From an uncultured Synergistales bacterium (GTDB lineage: Bacteria > Synergistota > Synergistia > Synergistales > Aminobacteriaceae), in contig CALCQG010000001.1 in the NCBI GenBank assembly GCA_937897575.1, positions 1 to 49,661 of the forward strand: DNA of 49,661 bases, in the 5' to 3' direction. Below, piece by piece: positions 18,571-27,367 of this stretch. The translations under genes and the position numbers were made by a program. How positions within the stretch are numbered: the stretch's first letter is position 1; every line of letters begins with the position of its first letter. Under the pieces are notes generated by a model. That model had not been told where the DNA came from, searched no databases, and saw only the letters and a program-made list of their open reading frames with translations.

Positions 18571-19233
18571 TTAATTCCGCTTATTCTTTAAAAATCCAAC
18601 AATTCTTTGTTCTGATTTTGTTAAATGGTCTCTCATCGCTTCAACTGCACGTTTAGCATCATTACCTTGCAATGCACATATAATGTTTTGATGCTCTTCT
18701 ATTGTTTTCTCAAAAATATTGCCCCAAGAAGCAACGTACATACTAATTCTCTCGGTTTTTTCTCTTAACCCATATTGCCAACGAATAAGCGATTTATTAC
18801 CCAACAATTTTCCAAAAAACATATGGAACTCACTATCGAAATGAACATACTTTTTCTGATCGATATCAGAAATTAATTGTTTTTGTTGTTGGAATATCCC
18901 CATAACAATTTGAAGGTGTTCATCTGAAATTTTTGATGCAATTTCTTTAACAATAAAGCATTCAATACATCTTCGGGCTTCACAGATTTCTTGCACTTCC
19001 TCAATTGTAATAGGGTTAACAAAGAAACCTCGCCTTGGAAGAATTGTCACCCATCCTTCTGTTTCAAGCATCTGCATGGCTTCGCGTACAGGTGTTCTAC
19101 TTACAGACAACTGCTCTGCTATTTTACGTTCATTAAGAACAGAACCGGGCAATAACACCTGTTCGGTTATTGCGATTTTCAATTCCTCATAAACTTTTTC
19201 GCGATAAGATAAATCTTTTGTGATTCGCTTCAT
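18571..19233 (-). CDS. GntR-family (FCD domain) transcriptional regulator
   Basis: LPGSVLNERKIAEQLSVSRTPVREAM HTH; DSEFH, EEHQNI, MRDHL. Confidence 0.93.
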   Translation of the reverse strand: MKRITKDLSYREKVYEELKIAITEQVLLPGSVLNERKIAEQLSVSRTPVREAMQMLETEGWVTILPRRGFFVNPITIEEVQEICEARRCIECFIVKEIASKISDEHLQIVMGIFQQQKQLISDIDQKKYVHFDSEFHMFFGKLLGNKSLIRWQYGLREKTERISMYVASWGNIFEKTIEEHQNIICALQGNDAKRAVEAMRDHLTKSEQRIVGFLKNKRN

Positions 19234-19265
19234 TTTCTCCTCTTTTTTCTAAGCTTTTCGCAGTT

Positions 19266-19326
19266 GAGATATAATACTGACATGTAACATGTCAGTATTA
19301 TATCTCTTTCTTTCAAAAAATTTCAA
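19266..19326 (-). promoter_or_regulatory. gntR operon promoter overlapping a perfect 41-bp palindromic operator
   Basis: GAGATATAATACTGACATGT-A-ACATGTCAGTATTATATCTC (19266-19306); minus strand TTGAAA (19321-19326)-18 nt-TATAAT (19297-19302). Confidence 0.8.
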
Positions 19327-19472
19327 GTGCAAAAACGAACTTTTCTGACACCGTTTTTAATGCCAGAAATACTACTTGATCTCGACATATCAATATTCTT
19401 TCGGACAAAAAGTTAAGCAACTTCAAATAAATTGTGGCAAACCTATTTTCTAAACATCAAAAAGAACTACGA

Positions 19473-19720
19473 CGTAAGACTGTAGAACATTACGCTAGTT
19501 TCTCAGGGTTAAAACACACGCTGACTTTTATCCAGGTAGCAGGTTCACATACCTCAGAGTTTATTTTTCCCGGGAATATTGGACTGAAATTTCGTCTTGT
19601 TCAAGCACTATTCCATGAATCTGCGGATGATTCTTTCTGCTTTACTGTTTGTTCGAAGTGTTTTCGGTCGACTGAAACCCTGCCCTATTCCTACTCCTCA
19701 GAGTTCATCATGACGGCATG
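19473..19720 (-). mobile_element. second, highly eroded IS481-family relic (3' part of transposase plus terminal repeat)
   Basis: Minus-strand translation IGQGFSRPKTLRTNSKAERIIR..ME*..NKTKFQS matches the IS481 motif QxFTRPxTPxTNGKAERxIxT; end GAGAAACT...TCTTAC resembles the end of the first copy. Confidence 0.75.
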
Positions 19721-20054
19721 GACTGCAAGAAGGTTGTATGTTCTCTTACTTTATCCATGGGAGTTCCTTCATCTGGATATTCATAGTTGTCTCGCGAAAA
19801 ATGTTCCCCTTTGGAATCAGGGATTGTAGGATACAATAAAGAAAGTGCACAAGTTTCGTTCCTTTTTTGTCTACGCTTCTCTCATCGAGACACGTCGCGT
19901 GTGCGGATGATACGGCAAGAGGATGAACGAGGCGGTATCAGGCAACTACAAACCGATTGAAACCACAATACACGGCCGCATCCGTCACTGTGGGAATGAA
20001 GAACTGCCCACTCTATTCACGAAGAAAGACGGCGGCCATTCAGGAGGATGGGAT

Positions 20055-20390
20055 ATGCCTGTGGCGACCTTTGAGGATTTCGAGAAGCTGGATATCCGCG
20101 CCGGCGTCGTTCTGAATGCGGAGAAGAACCTGAAGGCCAGAAAACCAGCCTATATCCTGCGCATCGACTTCGGGCCGGAGATCGGGATCAAATCCTCGAG
20201 CGGGCAGTTCACCGACTGCTACGCCGCGGAGGATCTCGTGGGGAAGACGGTCCTCGGTGTGGTCAACTTTCCGCCGAAGAAAATTGCGGGCTGTCTTTCC
20301 GAAGTTCTGGTGCTCGGGGTCTACGCCCGGCAGGGCGTCGTGCTGCTCCAGCCCGAACAGGGCGTGGAACGGGGCGACAGAGTGGGCTGA
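20055..20390 (+). CDS. csaA: CsaA-type tRNA-binding/export chaperone (OB fold)
   Basis: FEDFEKLDIRAG, ARKPAY...IDFGPEIG.KSSS, VVNFPPKKIAG..SEVLVLG; start ATG 20055 after AGGAGG. Confidence 0.92.
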   Translation: MPVATFEDFEKLDIRAGVVLNAEKNLKARKPAYILRIDFGPEIGIKSSSGQFTDCYAAEDLVGKTVLGVVNFPPKKIAGCLSEVLVLGVYARQGVVLLQPEQGVERGDRVG

Positions 20391-20406
20391 CGGGCGACAG
20401 AGTCCA

Positions 20407-20445
20407 CCTTCCCGGAAAGGGCGGCGCCTTTCGGGGAGGTTCTTT
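20407..20445. terminator. terminator between convergent csaA and MBL hydrolase
   Basis: CCTTCCCGGAAAGG...CCTTTCGGGGAGG imperfect stem followed by TTCTTT. Confidence 0.6.
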
Positions 20446-20494
20446 CATGGTCCAAGAGGGCGCTCCCGACGGGAAACTCCCCGTGTTTTCGTGG

Positions 20495-21241
20495 CTACGC
20501 GAAGTAGTAAAGCTGCGGCGGGATGAGCCCGCTGGCAAACTTCGCAGCGGCTGTTTGGACGTGGACGCCGCCCTTCTCGAGACAGAAGACCCCGTGCCCG
20601 GGGAAGAGGGCGTCCACCTCGAGCGCGGCCAATTTTCCCATGGCACAGGCGTAGGGGTGGATGCTCACGTCGTGGAGCGACTGAATGAGCACCTGTCCGC
20701 AGACGAACACTGAATCGCCCGTGAAGAGGCACCTCCTGCCGTCCACCGTCCCGTGAAGGACCATATCGCACAGGCTGTGCCCCGGCACCATATGGGCCGC
20801 GAGCGTCACGGCGCCCAGGGTCACCTCCTCCCCGTCGTCCAGCCCGACGACGCCCGGGCATTTGGGGTAGACGAAATCCGCGGGGTAGAGCCCGCCCTTA
20901 GAGATGGCGATGCTCGTGGCATCCTCGTCCCCCTCCTCGATCGCCTTGGCTTCGGCGGCGGGGGCATAGACGGCGCACCCGGAGGCTGCCCGGATCCGGG
21001 CGGCGCCGCAGGCGTGGTCCCCATGATAGTGGGTCAGAAAGACCGCCGCGATGTCCGACAGGGAAAAGCCGTGAGAGGCGATGACGGCGTCCATCCTGTC
21101 CGTATCCAGGCCGACGCCCGAGTCTATCAGGATGCACCCCGCGCCCGTGTCGATCAGGTACACGTTGCAATCCAGCTCGTGAGTCATGCCGAAACCCCAC
21201 TTGCCGCTCGCCACGACGTATATGCTCTCCGTCACCTTCAT
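20495..21241 (-). CDS. MBL-fold metallo-hydrolase
   Basis: CNVYLID, LIDSG, THYHGDH, PGHS, FTGDS, FPGHG. Confidence 0.9.
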   Translation of the reverse strand: MKVTESIYVVASGKWGFGMTHELDCNVYLIDTGAGCILIDSGVGLDTDRMDAVIASHGFSLSDIAAVFLTHYHGDHACGAARIRAASGCAVYAPAAEAKAIEEGDEDATSIAISKGGLYPADFVYPKCPGVVGLDDGEEVTLGAVTLAAHMVPGHSLCDMVLHGTVDGRRCLFTGDSVFVCGQVLIQSLHDVSIHPYACAMGKLAALEVDALFPGHGVFCLEKGGVHVQTAAAKFASGLIPPQLYYFA

Positions 21242-21455
21242 CGTCCGTAGCCTCCTTTCCAGTGCAAACCGCCACGAGTGTAGCCCATTCCGGATGCTTT
21301 GTCACACCGCGCCCGCATTGAAGGACGCCGATCCATCGAGGGGTGCGACCAATCGCTCCCCGATCTTGCATTGCTCGTGAAAAATGGTATCGTGTTCGGT
21401 ATGTTCAGGCGCTTCGCCTGTCGCATGCACTTTCAAAAGGGGGTATCGTTCTATC

Positions 21456-23021
21456 ATGGAGAAGGAACACCGCGATCCGGCGCCCCAAGGGGAGTTTCCC
21501 GAGGGGCGGGCTCCGACGCTCGCCGAGGCACTCTTCATCCTTATCCTGGCCGGAGGTCTCATTCTCGCGGCCGTTCAGATATGGGAGACGGACGTGCATA
21601 TCCCGCTTGCCCTGTCGGCAATCGCAGCGGCCGCTCTGGCCATGTTCCGCCTGAAGGTGCGCTGGAAACACATCGAGGAGGCCGTCCTCCGCTCCATCAC
21701 CATGGGGATGCAGGCCGTCCTGATCCTGTACGTCGTCGGCCTTCTGATCGGCGTCTGGATCCTGAGCGGCGTCGTGCCGAGCATGATCTCCTACGGCCTG
21801 AACGTGCTCACGCCCTCCATGTTCCTGATCGCGACGCTGCTCATCTGCAGCATCGTCTCCCTCGCCACGGGCACATCCTGGGGGACTACGGGGACCGTGG
21901 GCATCGCCCTCATGGGCATCGGCTCAGGGCTCGGCATCCCCCCGGCCATGAGCGCCGGGTTCGCCATCTCGGGCGCCTACTTCGGCGACAAGATGTCACC
22001 CCTGTCGGACACCACGAACCTCGCCCCCGCCATGGCGGGAGCGGAGCTCTTCCAGCATATCCGCGCCATGTGCTGGACGACCCTTCCGCCCTACGCCGTC
22101 GTCGTGATCGCCGGAGGCCTGCTCGGGATGAAGTACTCCACGGGCTCTCTCGACACGGATCAGATCCAGGCCCTGCAGCTCCTCATGGGGAAGGAGTTCA
22201 CCATCTCCGTCGCCAGTTTCATCGCTCCCCTGGTCGTCATCGGTCTGGCCGCCTCCAAACGGCCGGCGATCCCGAGCATCGTCGCGGGCGTCCTGGTGGG
22301 CGGAGTCCTCGCCCTGCTCCAGGGGGCCTCCTTCGGCACGCTGATGGACGTCATGCAGAACGGCTACACCCCCGACCTCGTCGGGAAGATCGTGGAGGCC
22401 GGAGCGGACATGGGTACCGTGGGCGAACTCCTGAAAGGGGCAGGCTTCGAGGCAATGCGCCCGGAGGTCGCCTCGACGGCGGCTGCGACGCTCCAGGAGC
22501 TTCTCACCAAAGGAGGGTTGCAGTCCATGAACTGGACCGTCTCCCTCATCCTCTGCGCCCTCACCTTCGGCGGCATCCTGGATCACTGCGGCTATCTCGA
22601 GGTCCTGCTGGCCGTTCTGCTCAAGGGCGTCAAGACCGTCGGCGGGCTCGTGACCTCCGTCATCGTGGCCTGCGTGGTGACGAACATCTTCGCCGGCGAC
22701 CAGTACGTGGCCATCGTGCTGCCCGGGCGCATGTTCAAATCCCGGTTCGACCAGTGGGGGCTGCACCCCCGCATGCTCTCCCGCACTTTGGAGGACAGCG
22801 GCACCCTCACCTCGCCCCTGGTCCCCTGGAACACCTGCGGAGCCTTCCAGAGCAAGGCCCTGGGCATCCCCACCACGGAGTACCTGCCCTATGCCATGCT
22901 CAACTACCTCACGCCCCTCTTCGCCATCCTCCTCACCTACCTGAAGATCGGCATCGCCTGGCGGAACGACGACGCCCCCGAGGGGTTCGTCCTGAGCGCC
23001 GAGAAGCCGGGGCAATCATAA
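21456..23021 (+). CDS. nhaC: NhaC-family Na+/H+ antiporter or Na+-coupled amino acid transporter
   Basis: GTSWGTTGTVG, SGAYFGDKMSPLSDTTN, GGLQSM, DQY, LSRTLED, LVPWN. Confidence 0.93.
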   Translation: MEKEHRDPAPQGEFPEGRAPTLAEALFILILAGGLILAAVQIWETDVHIPLALSAIAAAALAMFRLKVRWKHIEEAVLRSITMGMQAVLILYVVGLLIGVWILSGVVPSMISYGLNVLTPSMFLIATLLICSIVSLATGTSWGTTGTVGIALMGIGSGLGIPPAMSAGFAISGAYFGDKMSPLSDTTNLAPAMAGAELFQHIRAMCWTTLPPYAVVVIAGGLLGMKYSTGSLDTDQIQALQLLMGKEFTISVASFIAPLVVIGLAASKRPAIPSIVAGVLVGGVLALLQGASFGTLMDVMQNGYTPDLVGKIVEAGADMGTVGELLKGAGFEAMRPEVASTAAATLQELLTKGGLQSMNWTVSLILCALTFGGILDHCGYLEVLLAVLLKGVKTVGGLVTSVIVACVVTNIFAGDQYVAIVLPGRMFKSRFDQWGLHPRMLSRTLEDSGTLTSPLVPWNTCGAFQSKALGIPTTEYLPYAMLNYLTPLFAILLTYLKIGIAWRNDDAPEGFVLSAEKPGQS

Positions 23022-23024
23022 GCG

Positions 23025-23471
23025 ATGGAGCCCGGAGAGGTCCTTATCGAGGCCAGATCGCCCTATGGGACGAAGGGGACGCGGGCGGGGCTCCTCGTGT
23101 TCGGCCTGGTTCTGCTGATCGGCGCCGCCTGGAGCGCCACCAAGGGGGCACCGGCGGGCCGGTACGTTCCCCAGAGCCTCATCGGCCTCGCGCTCCTCTG
23201 GTGCGCCCTCTGGGAGCGAAAGGTCCTCCTCACCAAGCAGGGCATCCTCCGCACCAACCGCTGCCTTGGCCGTTCGCGGGATGAACTCCTGCCCTGGAGC
23301 GACGTCCATCACCTTGCCCTGTCCGTCAAGGGGAGGGACATGACGCTCCTAGTGGACCACGGCGGCATCCGGGGCATCAAACTCCCCTTCGACCGGTCCC
23401 AGGAGGGACAGCTGCGCGCCGTCCTCGCGGAGATATTTCCCGACGCCCAAATGGAGGTATTCAGCCGATAA
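23025..23471 (+). CDS. hypothetical membrane protein (two TM segments plus small soluble domain)
   Basis: Starts 3 nt after the nhaC stop; two hydrophobic helices. Confidence 0.72.
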   Translation: MEPGEVLIEARSPYGTKGTRAGLLVFGLVLLIGAAWSATKGAPAGRYVPQSLIGLALLWCALWERKVLLTKQGILRTNRCLGRSRDELLPWSDVHHLALSVKGRDMTLLVDHGGIRGIKLPFDRSQEGQLRAVLAEIFPDAQMEVFSR

Positions 23472-23626
23472 GGGGCGGGAAAATCCGTACGGGGCACCGT
23501 CAGGAAAGCATCTCCAGGGAGAACGTCTTCCCTGCGAAGGACCCGCTCTCCTGCTGAAGCATCGGAACGCCAGCGGACTACGTCGGGTACCCTGATGTCC
23601 CAATCGTACAACGAAACCTCACAGCC

Positions 23627-23663
23627 TGCGGACGGAGCGACCACGCTCCGTCCGCGTTTTTTT
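23627..23663 (+). terminator. intrinsic terminator
   Basis: GCGGACGGAGCG-ACCA-CGCTCCGTCCGC followed by GTTTTTT. Confidence 0.85.
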
Positions 23664-23804
23664 CTTCAGCTTCAAAAAGAGAGCAATAACGCCGCTTCGG
23701 GGCGAGGAAGAGCACCCCGGCATGCGCGTATTTCCGAAGAGTACGCGGGTCCTCCCGGCCTTCAACGCGCCCGGATACACCGCAACGTGCAATCAGGGCA
23801 GCGC

Positions 23805-23833
23805 TTGACAGGGATAAAAAGGATGGATATAAT
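23805..23833 (+). promoter_or_regulatory. consensus sigma70 promoter
   Basis: TTGACA-17 nt-TATAAT upstream of the M20 gene. Confidence 0.88.
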
Positions 23834-23896
23834 GCACCGCAATTCGTTCGTGCAAGAATATTTCGTGCTCAAAGCACAGAAAAGGAGGGGCAACGA

Positions 23897-25216
23897 ATGA
23901 GAAAGGTTCCTGTACTCGTCTTTATAACGATGGTGGTCCTGATGCTGCTCTCCGTTCCCGCGCAGTCCGCGCCGAGCTCCGAACAGCTCCGCGCCGAGGC
24001 CGGCAAGCTCGTGGAGGAACAAAACCAGAAGCTCTGCGAGATGGCCGAGTGGATGTACAAGAACCCCGAGCCGGGGTATGTCGAGAAAGGAGCCGTCCAG
24101 CTTCTCACGGAGTATCTGAAGGCCAACGGGTTCACGGTCGAAGTGGGTGTGGCCGGTCTGGAGACGGCGTTCCGCGCCGAATTCGCCTCCGGAACGGGCG
24201 GTCCGACGGTGGGGTACATCGTGGAGTACGACGCTCTTCGCGGCCCTGGGAACGTGGCCTTCCACGGGTGTCAGCACAACCTCCAGGGCCCCGTCGGCCT
24301 CGGCGCGGCCGTGGCCTTGAAGCAGATCATGGAGAAGAACGGCGTGGCCGGCCGGGTATGGGTGATCGGCACCCCGGCCGAGGAGATCCCGCCCCCCGCC
24401 AAGGGAAAGATGCTGGCCGAGGGCGTGTTCAATGGAGCGGATGTCCTTCTGATGTTCCACGGCACGGGCAAGACGAGCCGCATCGCGGCGGGCTGGTCGG
24501 GCGTGACCCTCGACTCCACGCGCTACCTGTTCAAGGGGAAGAGCGCCCACGCGTCGGGCGACCCATGGAACGGTAACGACGCCCTGGATGCGGTCCGCCT
24601 GATGTTCGCCGGCGTCGACGCCTATCGCGAGCATATTCTGCCCGATGCCAGAATTCACGGCGTCGTCACCAAAGGCGGCGAGGCCCCCAATGTGATTCCG
24701 TCCGTCGCCGAGGGGGATTTCTTCTATCGTCACCCGACGAGGGAGTACGTGGACACTCTGGGCGAACGCCTTTCCGTCATTGCCAAGGCGGCCGCCATGA
24801 TGACGGGGACCGAGGTGGAGATCACCAACTACGGCAAGTACTACAACACCCTCGGCCTTGCGGCGCTGGAGGAGCGAGCCTTCGCGTACGCCAAAAACTA
24901 CGGGGCCGAGGCCGTGGACGAGGAGGCCAAGACGGGTGGGTCCACGGACTTCGCCGAGCTGTCGGGGAAGATCCCGGCCATCTCGCTGAGCGTCGCCTCC
25001 AAACCGGTGGACGCCGCAGGGCACTCCAAGGAGGCCGCGGACGCCACCGTCGCGGAGATCGGACAAAAGGGCATGCTGATCGCCTCCAAGGTGCTGGCCT
25101 CCCTCGGGGTGGACGTCATGACGGACCCAAGCTATCTCGAGGAGATCAGGACGGAGTTCGCCAAGGCGGGCCCCGCCCCGACGGTGAAGACCTACAAGAA
25201 AGTGGTGAAGTGGTAG
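23897..25216 (+). CDS. M20-family amidohydrolase (AbgB/Acy1L2-like) with signal peptide
   Basis: NPEPGYVE, EYDAL, HGCQHNL, GTPAEE, GKSAHA..PWNG.DALD, GGSTD; N-terminus MRKVPVLVFITMVVLMLLSVPAQS. Confidence 0.9.
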   Translation: MRKVPVLVFITMVVLMLLSVPAQSAPSSEQLRAEAGKLVEEQNQKLCEMAEWMYKNPEPGYVEKGAVQLLTEYLKANGFTVEVGVAGLETAFRAEFASGTGGPTVGYIVEYDALRGPGNVAFHGCQHNLQGPVGLGAAVALKQIMEKNGVAGRVWVIGTPAEEIPPPAKGKMLAEGVFNGADVLLMFHGTGKTSRIAAGWSGVTLDSTRYLFKGKSAHASGDPWNGNDALDAVRLMFAGVDAYREHILPDARIHGVVTKGGEAPNVIPSVAEGDFFYRHPTREYVDTLGERLSVIAKAAAMMTGTEVEITNYGKYYNTLGLAALEERAFAYAKNYGAEAVDEEAKTGGSTDFAELSGKIPAISLSVASKPVDAAGHSKEAADATVAEIGQKGMLIASKVLASLGVDVMTDPSYLEEIRTEFAKAGPAPTVKTYKKVVKW

Positions 25217-25248
25217 CGTAGAAGTTTGTCGTAGACTGAGGGTGCATG

Positions 25249-25288
25249 AGACGGGAGGGGGCGCCTGGGTGGCCGCCCCCTCCCGTCT
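25249..25288. terminator. hairpin between convergent genes
   Basis: AGACGGGAGGGGGCG...CGCCCCCTCCCGTCT, 15-bp stem. Confidence 0.65.
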
Positions 25289-25297
25289 GCGCTTTGG

Positions 25298-26341
25298 CTA
25301 CTCCCCGAAGATCCCCTTGGGGATCATGGCGTGGATGCCCTTGTCCCCGTCCACCACCTGGGTGACCCGGAAGTCCACGGCAAGGCTGCACAGGGCGTAG
25401 GCCTCCTCACGGGAGAGCCCTTTTTCCGTCATGAGGAAGTCTATGGCCTCCCGGATGGCCCCCTTCATGGCCTCGTCCAGGTCCTTGTGGAAGGCCATGA
25501 CCATCCAGTGCGTGGGGGTCTCCCCTCTCGGCAGGCGGAGCTTCATGCCCTTCCGCACCGTGAACCGGAGCTCCACCTCCTCGAAGTAGGTCTCGGCGGC
25601 GGCGATGCTGACCTCGCCGTCGCCCTGGAGGGCATGGCCGTCGGCGGCCATGAAGAGGGCGCCTGGGACGTTCACCGGGATGAAGAGCGTCGTCCCGGCG
25701 ACGAACTCTTTGTTGTCCATGTTGCCGGCGAAGTATCCAGGGACGGCCGGGGGCAGGACCTCGCCAGGCCGGGGAGCCACGGCCATGGTCCCAAGGAAGG
25801 GGCGGACGGGCAGGACGATGCCCGGGGCGTACTCGATGGTCCACCTGTCCTCCGAAAGGCGCAGGGGCTTGAGCCACCCCTTCTCGAACCCCTCGGGGAG
25901 GCCGCCCATGCCGACCGAGTCCGGATAGATGTGGGTGACGGCGTACTCTCCCGGCCGGATGCGGAGGATATCCACCTGAAGGGCATCCCCCGGCTCGGCG
26001 CCCTCGACGAAGAAGGGGCCCGTGAAGGCGTACGTGCCGAGCCCCTGGTCCCTCATCCGGGTTCTGACGGCGAACATCTCGTCGAAGGTCATGTGGGGCG
26101 AGAGGGCCCCGCCCATAAGCATGACGGTGTTGAAGACCACGGTGTCCCCGCTCCGGACGGTCAGCACGGGCGGGATGTCCGAGCGGAGCATGCCGTTGTA
26201 GGCCTGCTCCTTTTCGATGAAGAAGCGGTGCGCCGCCGCATCGGCGGGTCGGGGGCAAAGGGCGGCGATGAGAATTGCGATCGCTGCGACGACAAGAACG
26301 AGGGTCATGAACCTTCCTCCTCTGCTGATGATGGTGCCCAT
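25298..26341 (-). CDS. acetamidase/formamidase-family protein with hydrophobic N-terminal signal (start possibly 26308)
   Basis: TGPFFVEGAEPGD, PFLGTM, GNMDNK, DGHALQGDGEV, AYALCSLAVDFRVTQVVD. Confidence 0.9.
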   Translation of the reverse strand: MGTIISRGGRFMTLVLVVAAIAILIAALCPRPADAAAHRFFIEKEQAYNGMLRSDIPPVLTVRSGDTVVFNTVMLMGGALSPHMTFDEMFAVRTRMRDQGLGTYAFTGPFFVEGAEPGDALQVDILRIRPGEYAVTHIYPDSVGMGGLPEGFEKGWLKPLRLSEDRWTIEYAPGIVLPVRPFLGTMAVAPRPGEVLPPAVPGYFAGNMDNKEFVAGTTLFIPVNVPGALFMAADGHALQGDGEVSIAAAETYFEEVELRFTVRKGMKLRLPRGETPTHWMVMAFHKDLDEAMKGAIREAIDFLMTEKGLSREEAYALCSLAVDFRVTQVVDGDKGIHAMIPKGIFGE

Positions 26342-26432
26342 ACGCCCCGGCGAGGGGGGTACGGGTCAGGCCCCGCCGAAAACGCGGGGCCTGAGGGTCA
26401 TTCGTGCCGTGTCCGTTCCGGAAGGGCCGTCC

Positions 26433-27251
26433 TCACACCGGCTGGACGCCGACCATCTGTCCGATGCTTCGGACCACGTCCCGGGGGAGGTTGAGATCCG
26501 AGGCCAGGTCGCGGACGTAGGCCCGCTCCGCCTGGGTATCGACCTCGATGGACATGAGGGTGGCCGCGTAGATCTGGGCCGCGAGCTCGGGGCTGTCCTT
26601 CGCCGCGTCGACGATCCACTGGGTCTCCATGGGCTTGTCGAGCTCCTCGAGGACGTACTGCATGTCCTCCTCCTTCATGTTCGTCTCGCGCAATTTGCCG
26701 ACGATGAATCGATACTCCTCCTCGTCGATCTGGCCGTCGGCCTTCACGGCATTGATCATGGCCGCGACGACGAGCTCGGCACCGCTCTGGAGGTCCTGCT
26801 GCTCCTGCTCCGTCTGGGGTTCAACGAGGCCGACGGGGACCTTGGCCGCCGTCTTCGCGCCGCCCTGGCCCTGAAGGGCCTTCATGGCCATCATGGCGAG
26901 CAGAGCCATCAGCCCGCCGCCCACGGCTCCGCCGGCGGATTTCTTGCCGCCGCCGAGAAGGGAGCCGAGCAGCGCACCCAGGCCGCCGACGGCGAGGTTC
27001 TTCTTGCCCCCCACGGCATTGCCGGCGCTCCCGAGCATCTGCTCAAGCATGCCTCCGAGGCCGCCGGCCGAGCTTCCGCCCTTGTCGCCGCCGAGCAGCC
27101 CCTTCATGATCTCCTGCAGGTCGAGCCCCTGTTTGGCGCCCAGAGAGCCCAGGTCGTCGGACTGCTGCCCCATGGCGCTCCGCATCCGCTTCGTCGACGA
27201 AGGGCTCATCTCAGACTGCATCAGGCCGCCCAGAATATCCATAATATCCAT
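26433..27251 (-). CDS. DUF533 / TerB-like (YebE-type) membrane-associated protein
   Basis: Gly-rich N-terminal half, AMINAVKADGQIDEEE, QIYAATL, ERAYVRDLA. Confidence 0.85.
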   Translation of the reverse strand: MDIMDILGGLMQSEMSPSSTKRMRSAMGQQSDDLGSLGAKQGLDLQEIMKGLLGGDKGGSSAGGLGGMLEQMLGSAGNAVGGKKNLAVGGLGALLGSLLGGGKKSAGGAVGGGLMALLAMMAMKALQGQGGAKTAAKVPVGLVEPQTEQEQQDLQSGAELVVAAMINAVKADGQIDEEEYRFIVGKLRETNMKEEDMQYVLEELDKPMETQWIVDAAKDSPELAAQIYAATLMSIEVDTQAERAYVRDLASDLNLPRDVVRSIGQMVGVQPV

Positions 27252-27367
27252 GGTTCATCCTCCTTTAGTAAGTCCGGTTTGGAAAACCGACCGCTCCCCT
27301 GCCGCAATTCAACGGTGGGAGGCGCCATGATGGTATCCTATCTTCCTGAAATTTTCCACAGGCAGTT

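Noticed and set aside
19434..19829. 131-aa plus-strand ORF
   Set aside because: Antisense to the IS481 relic; no RBS or motifs.
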